From the sequence record NC_041919.1: DNA of 64,000 nucleotides. One strand, 5' to 3'. A model generated the notes under the pieces. It was not told the origin of the DNA, made no database searches, and saw only the letters and a list, made by a program, of their open reading frames with translations. A program made the translations under genes and the position numbers. Shown piece by piece: positions 58,219 to 64,000 of this stretch (its first letter is position 1; each line of letters opens with the position of its first letter). Origin of the DNA: Escherichia phage HP3.

Positions 58219-58245
58219 AGCCCCGACCGAAAGGTTGGGGCTTTT
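58219..58245 (+). terminator. intrinsic terminator, identical second copy of the 57663 hairpin
   Basis: cttagccccgaccgaaaggttggggcttttt repeated exactly, directly after the stop at 58211. Confidence 0.65.
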
Positions 58246-58336
58246 TAGTTTGAATCACTCGGATAACGCTGTTACGGATAGTAACAAAGTAATAAATAAT
58301 TAATAACCAACCGATAAATTATTTCAAGGATTTTAA

Positions 58337-58900
58337 ATGAAAACCTATGCCGAATTTTTAACCGAAGCAGCAAAATTACCATCTGAAGCAGATCTTACTA
58401 AAGTATTCTTCCAATTGGACCCAAAAGACCGCGGCGATTTTCTTAAGTGGAAAGCTAAAGCTATTGAAATGTACAACATCGATAATAGTTCTTTTACAAT
58501 GAGTCAAGAAAATAAATTCAATAAAGCATTTTTCAAAATTTCTAAGAAATTGGCATCTGGCGCTCAGGTTCCTAAATCTGTGTTAGCTACTCCTGAACGC
58601 GCACCTGTTAAAATTTCTAAGAATATGTTCGACACTAAAAAATACGTTAATGCTTTGAATAAAGCTCTTGATGCATTGGATGATGCAAAGAAGGCAGCCC
58701 GCGATCTTCAAGACGTGTACACCGATTTTGACCGCAAAACTAAAGGTTCTATTTCAAATAGCGAACGCAATAGTGTAAGTGTTTATTCTGATAGCCTTGA
58801 TGTTCTTGGCGATGCGTATACTGAAATTAAAAATCGTATTAACACTGCATCTAAGCTAAAAGCTGCTGCAGAAGCTATAATAAGTAAACTAGGTAAATAA
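58337..58900 (+). CDS. internal-protein-like gene with capsid targeting sequence (IPIII-sized)
   Basis: 187 aa; N-terminus MKTYAEFLTEAAK matches the CTS pattern MKTY-EF-xxE; RBS aagga. Confidence 0.6.
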   Translation: MKTYAEFLTEAAKLPSEADLTKVFFQLDPKDRGDFLKWKAKAIEMYNIDNSSFTMSQENKFNKAFFKISKKLASGAQVPKSVLATPERAPVKISKNMFDTKKYVNALNKALDALDDAKKAARDLQDVYTDFDRKTKGSISNSERNSVSVYSDSLDVLGDAYTEIKNRINTASKLKAAAEAIISKLGK

Positions 58901-58908
58901 TTTTAAAT

Positions 58909-58933
58909 CCCTATCTAAATGATAGGGCTTTTT
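58909..58933 (+). terminator. hairpin ccctatctaaatgataggg plus T5
   Basis: inverted repeat followed by cttttt directly after the stop at 58900. Confidence 0.5.
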
Positions 58934-59056
58934 GGTATCTAGGCCTTTCTGGACCTCTCTAGGCATCATTTAGTTTATACCCTTTATAATATATTATCCT
59001 ATCCTTTAATTGCCCATCCCTGCCCTAGAATTCCCTAAAAATTTTTTCACAAAACT

Positions 59057-59086
59057 GTTTACATCTCTGTTCTTCCATGGTACTAT
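59057..59086 (+). promoter_or_regulatory. sigma70/T4 early-type promoter (GTTTACA, 17 nt, TGGTACTAT)
   Basis: tcacaaaactgtttacat ... ggtactatac, same cassette family as 54310 and 54641. Confidence 0.5.
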
Positions 59087-59129
59087 ACAACTATCAACTA
59101 CTGATACAGAAAACAACTTGGAGAATGAA

Positions 59130-59393
59130 ATGGATAATTACGGCGAACTGTTCAACTTCTTTATGAAATGCGTTTCAGAAGATTTCGGTCGTACAGTGAA
59201 TGATATTAAAGTTATCGGTCCTGATCATCCGATGTTTGAAACTTACGCAGTAATGGGTAATGAAGACGGTCAGTGGTATACTGTAAAAGTTGTGATTAAT
59301 ATGTTCACAGCAGAAGGTTATGTTAAACTGTCTTCTAAAGTTTACCATGATAACGACGAAATCGCAGAAGAATATTTCAATAATATGAAATAA
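59130..59393 (+). CDS. hypothetical protein
   Basis: 87 aa from the ATG at 59130 (RBS ggagaatgaa); the track ORF (59010) extends upstream across the promoter and is unlikely. Confidence 0.5.
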   Translation: MDNYGELFNFFMKCVSEDFGRTVNDIKVIGPDHPMFETYAVMGNEDGQWYTVKVVINMFTAEGYVKLSSKVYHDNDEIAEEYFNNMK

Positions 59394-59494
59394 GTTTACG
59401 CAGGCTCATGATTGAGATATTATGAGCCTATAATTTGACGATAGAGTATTATACTCCTACGGATTTTAAATCTCAATTAACCTAAGGAAATACT

Positions 59495-60088
59495 ATGAAC
59501 ACACTGAAGAAAATTGTTGAGTTTATTCGCACTAAACTTGGTTCTGCTATGGCTAAAAATCTATCTGTCGAAGAACAGTATACTGCTGCAGCAGCAAAAC
59601 TACTTGATAAAATTAAAGATCTAAAAACTGCTTCTGTTAAATCTATTAACGAAGAAAAACGTATTCGTGAACTTGTTATCGAAAAGAATCGACAGGCCGA
59701 ATCAAAAGAGCGTGAAATTCGTAAACTTCTTTCCGAAGGCCAAGATGTAACAATGCATGCTAAACTCGGTTTACTATATCGTCGAACAGCTGAGCAGTTG
59801 ACTACTAAGGCTGACGGTTATGCTGAAATGCGAATTGAAATCGCCAAGAAAGTAGTTGAGTTAGATGATGCTCGTCAAGAACTTGCGGTTAAATTGGAAT
59901 ATATCCGTGAAACTCGTGCAGCGAATGCCCTTGGAATTAGTACTGCTGATGATGTAGTTGAAATTGCAGCACTGACTAAGGTTGATATTGAAGATACTCT
60001 TGCTCGAGTTGAAACCTTTAATGGTAATATTTCTGGGGTTGAAACTACCTCTGCCGATGTTCAGGAATATATTAATTCTCTGAAATAA
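59495..60088 (+). CDS. coiled-coil protein, weakly PspA/IM30-like
   Basis: 197 aa, predominantly charged helical sequence; short resemblance (EDTLARVE) and overall architecture reminiscent of PspA; RBS ctaagga; similarity not verified. Confidence 0.4.
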   Translation: MNTLKKIVEFIRTKLGSAMAKNLSVEEQYTAAAAKLLDKIKDLKTASVKSINEEKRIRELVIEKNRQAESKEREIRKLLSEGQDVTMHAKLGLLYRRTAEQLTTKADGYAEMRIEIAKKVVELDDARQELAVKLEYIRETRAANALGISTADDVVEIAALTKVDIEDTLARVETFNGNISGVETTSADVQEYINSLK

Positions 60089-60130
60089 TGATAAGGGGCT
60101 TCGGGCCCCTATTACTTGGAGTAAATAGGA

Positions 60131-60739
60131 ATGAAAATGCAAAGTGATTTCAATTCAATGTTTGAAGAGTTTCAAAGACAGGTTGATGTTCCAGACCAAT
60201 TACTAAATGCTCTTAAACGCATGGCAGAAGGACGTAATTACTATTGGGGGTCTTCATATGAAACTGATGAAAGCCTTTCCGGAAGATTTTCTAGAGGTAA
60301 AAAGTCTTTAATACGTCCTGGAATACTCATTAACAGTATTGAATCAATTCATTCATTGACGTGTGATTTTGATGTTGAATTTACTGATTTCATTTCTCCT
60401 GAATGGACGGTTTGTTATTTAAACGACGATTTTGATTATCTCGGTGTTTATAGTTTAAGTGACGCATGGTTTAAACGTAATTTACAAAAGTCAAATTTAT
60501 TTTATATTGATACTACTGTAAAATTTCAGGGCAAGAAATATTTCTTTACTCTTATAGTTGATTCTGAAACGAAGCATGAAAATAAACGTATTCTTAGTAA
60601 AAAGAATATCTTAACTATTGTTGATGATCTTTTTGATAAATTTGTAGAAAATCCCAATTTTGAAAGTGATTTATTACTAGAAAAATTTGTTAAGGAATGT
60701 AGAGAATATGTCAAAGCCATCACTATACCTTCCAAGTAA
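60131..60739 (+). CDS. hypothetical protein
   Basis: 202-aa ORF; C-terminus EKFVKECREY shares a motif with the three downstream genes. Confidence 0.5.
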   Translation: MKMQSDFNSMFEEFQRQVDVPDQLLNALKRMAEGRNYYWGSSYETDESLSGRFSRGKKSLIRPGILINSIESIHSLTCDFDVEFTDFISPEWTVCYLNDDFDYLGVYSLSDAWFKRNLQKSNLFYIDTTVKFQGKKYFFTLIVDSETKHENKRILSKKNILTIVDDLFDKFVENPNFESDLLLEKFVKECREYVKAITIPSK

Positions 60740-61100
60740 ACCGTTGAAGTATGAATTAAAGCGTCAGATAATTTCTACTGATGTGTTAATAGGTCCTGTT
60801 ATACTCATATCATTTGTAATTCTATTGATTATTGGAGGTGTTTTAGATGTTATGACTGATATTGATTCTGGCGAAATACTTGTGTTAATGCTAATTCTTC
60901 CATTAATAGTTCCACTTTTATTAGTACCCGTAAATTGGGTAGGATACTGGTATCAAGGAAGGCATTATCGTAAACGCGTACGTGATTGGAAAGCACAGTG
61001 TAAAAAGATTAAAAAGGAACATCAGCTTAAACTTGCTGCGTATGAATTTGATGAAATTATGAAATTTGTTAAGGAATCACGATGCAAAAGCCAAAACTAA
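60687..61100 (+). CDS. small membrane protein, family member 1
   Basis: 137 aa; two hydrophobic helices (VLIGPVILISFVILLIIGGV, ILVLMLILPLIVPLLLVPV); C-terminus FVKESRCK. Confidence 0.5.
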   Translation: MLRNVENMSKPSLYLPSKPLKYELKRQIISTDVLIGPVILISFVILLIIGGVLDVMTDIDSGEILVLMLILPLIVPLLLVPVNWVGYWYQGRHYRKRVRDWKAQCKKIKKEHQLKLAAYEFDEIMKFVKESRCKSQN

Positions 61101-61444
61101 ATAAAGTCAAATATTCGTTTTCTGAGTCATTTTTAATTTTTGCTGTGGCGTTGGCTGCAGCTCTTGCAGGTAGTCTTTTTGGATTGTTAATTGACTGTCT
61201 TATTTTAAACATCGACGGCACAGTAAATATAACAGAAGTTTGGAGTGAGCTTTGTTATACTAAAATTATTTCATTGTTTTCATTCTTTGGTATCATTTTA
61301 TATTTTCATTATGATAATTTTAAAATAAATTGGCAAAGAAAAAAAGATTACAAAATACAATTAAAAGAATATAATAGCTACATGTCTTATATTGAAAATG
61401 AGTCAATGAAAGAGTTTGTGAGTGATTGTAGGAAAATTAAATGA
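61082..61444 (+). CDS. small membrane protein, family member 2
   Basis: 120 aa; hydrophobic helices; C-terminus FVSDCRKIK; ATGA overlap with the next gene. Confidence 0.5.
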   Translation: MQKPKLNKVKYSFSESFLIFAVALAAALAGSLFGLLIDCLILNIDGTVNITEVWSELCYTKIISLFSFFGIILYFHYDNFKINWQRKKDYKIQLKEYNSYMSYIENESMKEFVSDCRKIK

Positions 61445-61929
61445 TTTTAAAAACTCGCTGGTATGATTTAGATGATGGGGATGATGGCATTTCAGTTGAT
61501 AGAGTTGACTGGAATGGTTGTTCCGAAGATATGAAAAATTTGTTGATTAGGGAGTTTAGAATGGGATATCAAGCAGCTAAGCCATTTACTGTAACAGATG
61601 ATAAGTTCGTATGTATTCAAAACGGTCGCGCTAAGTTAACGAATGCTGATTGGTTCACAGATAAGAAGGTTCTTCTGTGGTATATCATTAGTCTTCCTAT
61701 ATCATCGTTCGTATTTTACTTTTTTATAAAAAATCCAATGGACAGAATAGGAGATTGGGTTCTTTTAACTATACTTGTTAATATTTTTACAGCAGCAGTA
61801 TTATCAGGAATATGGCGTATGTTCATTGAAATGCCATGGCGTTTACGCAGACAACAAAAGATTTTTGATGAAAAGAAATATGCTCAAAATTTAAATAACT
61901 TTATCACTGAATGCAGGAAATTAAAATGA
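61441..61929 (+). CDS. small membrane protein, family member 3
   Basis: 162 aa; hydrophobic helices; C-terminus FITECRKLK. Confidence 0.5.
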   Translation: MILKTRWYDLDDGDDGISVDRVDWNGCSEDMKNLLIREFRMGYQAAKPFTVTDDKFVCIQNGRAKLTNADWFTDKKVLLWYIISLPISSFVFYFFIKNPMDRIGDWVLLTILVNIFTAAVLSGIWRMFIEMPWRLRRQQKIFDEKKYAQNLNNFITECRKLK

Positions 61930-62366
61930 AAACATTATCAGCTGGTATTATCTTCATGACAGAAGATAAAGATTTATTTATGGGTCGGGTTACTGGTTCT
62001 CGTAAGCCTGGAATGATGGCACATCGCTGGGATATTCCAAAGGGACGTGTAGAAAGTTCTGATTTGAATGCACTGGAAGCTGCAAAAAGAGAATGCTTAG
62101 AAGAGACCGGTTTTAGCAATTATAATCCAGACCTTCTAGAAGACCTAGGTGTATTTAAATATTCTAGTAATAAAGACTTACAGTTATTTTATTATACGAT
62201 TCCAGTAGAGCATGAGATGTTTAGAAATTGCCATTGCGAGTCTTATTTTGAAAATAAAGATGGCGTTATGATTCCAGAGATGGATGCTTTTGCTCTTATT
62301 CCTCGTACTCAGTGGCAATATGTGATGGGTCCTTCACTTTACCGAATAATGAACAGCCTCTTTTAA
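61911..62366 (+). CDS. nudE: Nudix hydrolase NudE (e.1)
   Basis: 151 aa; Nudix box GRVESSDLNALEAAKRECLEETGF; immediately upstream of e as in T4; the second ATG at 61926 is an alternative start. Confidence 0.85.
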   Translation: MQEIKMKTLSAGIIFMTEDKDLFMGRVTGSRKPGMMAHRWDIPKGRVESSDLNALEAAKRECLEETGFSNYNPDLLEDLGVFKYSSNKDLQLFYYTIPVEHEMFRNCHCESYFENKDGVMIPEMDAFALIPRTQWQYVMGPSLYRIMNSLF

Positions 62367-62897
<531 letters not shown>

Positions 62898-62901
62898 AGT
62901 T

Positions 62902-62931
62902 GTTTACTTTCTCCTAGAATTGTGATAGTAT
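62902..62931 (+). promoter_or_regulatory. sigma70/T4 early-type promoter upstream of denV
   Basis: aagttgtttac, 18 nt, tagtat, with inverted repeat tgtga / tcaca flanking the -10. Confidence 0.45.
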
Positions 62932-62956
62932 ATTCACAGTTACTTGGAGGGATAAA

Positions 62957-63373
62957 ATGACTCGTATTAATTTGACTTTAGTATCTGAACTTGCTGATCA
63001 ACATTTAATCGCAGAATACCGTGAATTGCCGCGTGTTTTTGGTATAGTTCGTAAGCATGTGGCAAACGGTAAGCGCGTTAAAGATTTTAAAATATCTTCT
63101 AAATTTATTTTAGGTTCTGGTCATGTTACTTTCTTTTACGATAAGTTAGAATTTTTGCGAAAGCGTCAATCGGACATTATAACGGAATGCTTAAAACGCG
63201 GGTTCAGTATAAAAGATACTGAAGTTCCTGACATCAGCGATATTCCAGTAGAATGGAAAAATGATTATAATCCATGCAAATCAGCTATTAAGTTGAGTCA
63301 ACAACGACTCGATGAAAAAATTTTAATGAAGCCACACTGGTATAAGTATTACGGCAAAAATATTTACATTTAA
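62957..63373 (+). CDS. denV: endonuclease V (pyrimidine dimer DNA glycosylase)
   Basis: 138 aa, same as T4 endo V; N-terminus [29 protein letters not shown] matches recollection. Confidence 0.92.
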   Translation: MTRINLTLVSELADQHLIAEYRELPRVFGIVRKHVANGKRVKDFKISSKFILGSGHVTFFYDKLEFLRKRQSDIITECLKRGFSIKDTEVPDISDIPVEWKNDYNPCKSAIKLSQQRLDEKILMKPHWYKYYGKNIYI

Positions 63374-63518
63374 ATAACATGGGAATAACCTGGACCTCAT
63401 GATTCTGTGAGGGATTCCCGCCAACCTGTAATAAGGTCGAGCCCAAGTGCGGTAATGGGTAAATACAGAAATGGACAATTCATGCGCCATGGAATGGCCC
63501 AAACCTAGAGAGAACAAA

Positions 63519-64000
63519 ATGAGAACATTTTTAACTGGTCCTTATCTATCCCTGATGAATGCTTTTACACACCATTCTGATGCTAGAGTAGAAGAAATTT
63601 GTAAAAACGAATATATCCCGCCATTTGAAGACTTACTTAAACAGTATTGTACACTTCGACTAGATGGTGGGCGTCAATCTGGTAAATCAACTGCAGTAAC
63701 TAATTTTGCCGCTAATTGGTTGTATGACGGTGGAACAGTTATTGTTCTTTCTAATACTTCAGCTTACGCTAAAATTTCCGCAGATAATATTAAAAAGGAA
63801 TTTTCGCGTTATTCTAATGATGATATACGTTTTCGTTTATTTACTGATTCTGTGCGCAGTTTTATTGGTAATAAAGGAAGCAAGTTCAGAGGTTTATCGC
63901 TTTCGCGAATTTTGTATATAATTGATGAGCCTGTCAAATCTCCTGATATGGATAAGATTTATAGTGTCCATATTGACACTGTACACTGCTGCTGTAATAT
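63519..64000 (+). CDS. P-loop-containing hypothetical protein, 3'-partial (runs off the window end)
   Basis: ATG at 63519 with RBS gagag; open frame to the window edge (about 160 codons); Walker A-like DGGRQSGKST; absent from the ORF track, presumably because no stop lies in the window. Confidence 0.5.
   Translation, partial: MRTFLTGPYLSLMNAFTHHSDARVEEICKNEYIPPFEDLLKQYCTLRLDGGRQSGKSTAVTNFAANWLYDGGTVIVLSNTSAYAKISADNIKKEFSRYSNDDIRFRLFTDSVRSFIGNKGSKFRGLSLSRILYIIDEPVKSPDMDKIYSVHIDTVHCCCN

Noticed and set aside
59010-59129. N-terminal extension of the 127-aa ORF
   Set aside because: It spans an early-type promoter (59057-59086); the ATG at 59130 with RBS is more plausible

Overview
This window reads as one contiguous stretch of a T4-like (T-even, Tequatrovirus-type) myovirus genome, in reverse orientation to the conventional T4 map. 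All calls rest on ORF length, recognisable motifs, N-terminal sequence and synteny recalled from T4; no database search was run. Gene order: DNA ligase (30), two tandem 685-aa Alt-family ADP-ribosyltransferase paralogs, baseplate hub/tube genes 54-48-29-28-27-51 (minus), 26-25-uvsY (plus), uvsW (minus), inh-hoc-rnlB (plus), then a long minus-strand late block 24-23-22-21-68-67-20-19-[HNH endonuclease]-18-17-16-15-14-13-wac-12-11-10-9-8-7-6-5.4-5.1-5-53, followed on the plus strand by 4-2-3-1-57A-57B, internal-protein-like genes, an 11-tRNA cluster, more small genes, nudE, e (lysozyme, near-identical to T4 lysozyme) and denV. Most of the window is ordinary conserved T4 core. The parts worth a second look are the accessory loci: (1) the duplicated alt genes with divergent C-terminal regions; (2) a free-standing HNH endonuclease between genes 19 and 18; (3) a Hoc with an extra, near-identically duplicated Ig-like domain; (4) a tRNA cluster with Tyr, Asn and His added to the eight T4 specificities, plus a ~300-nt ORF-free segment with a tRNA-like T-arm; (5) four genes carrying an N-terminal capsid-targeting sequence (internal-protein-like, candidate injected anti-defence proteins); (6) a module of small membrane proteins upstream of nudE/e whose junctions repeat.
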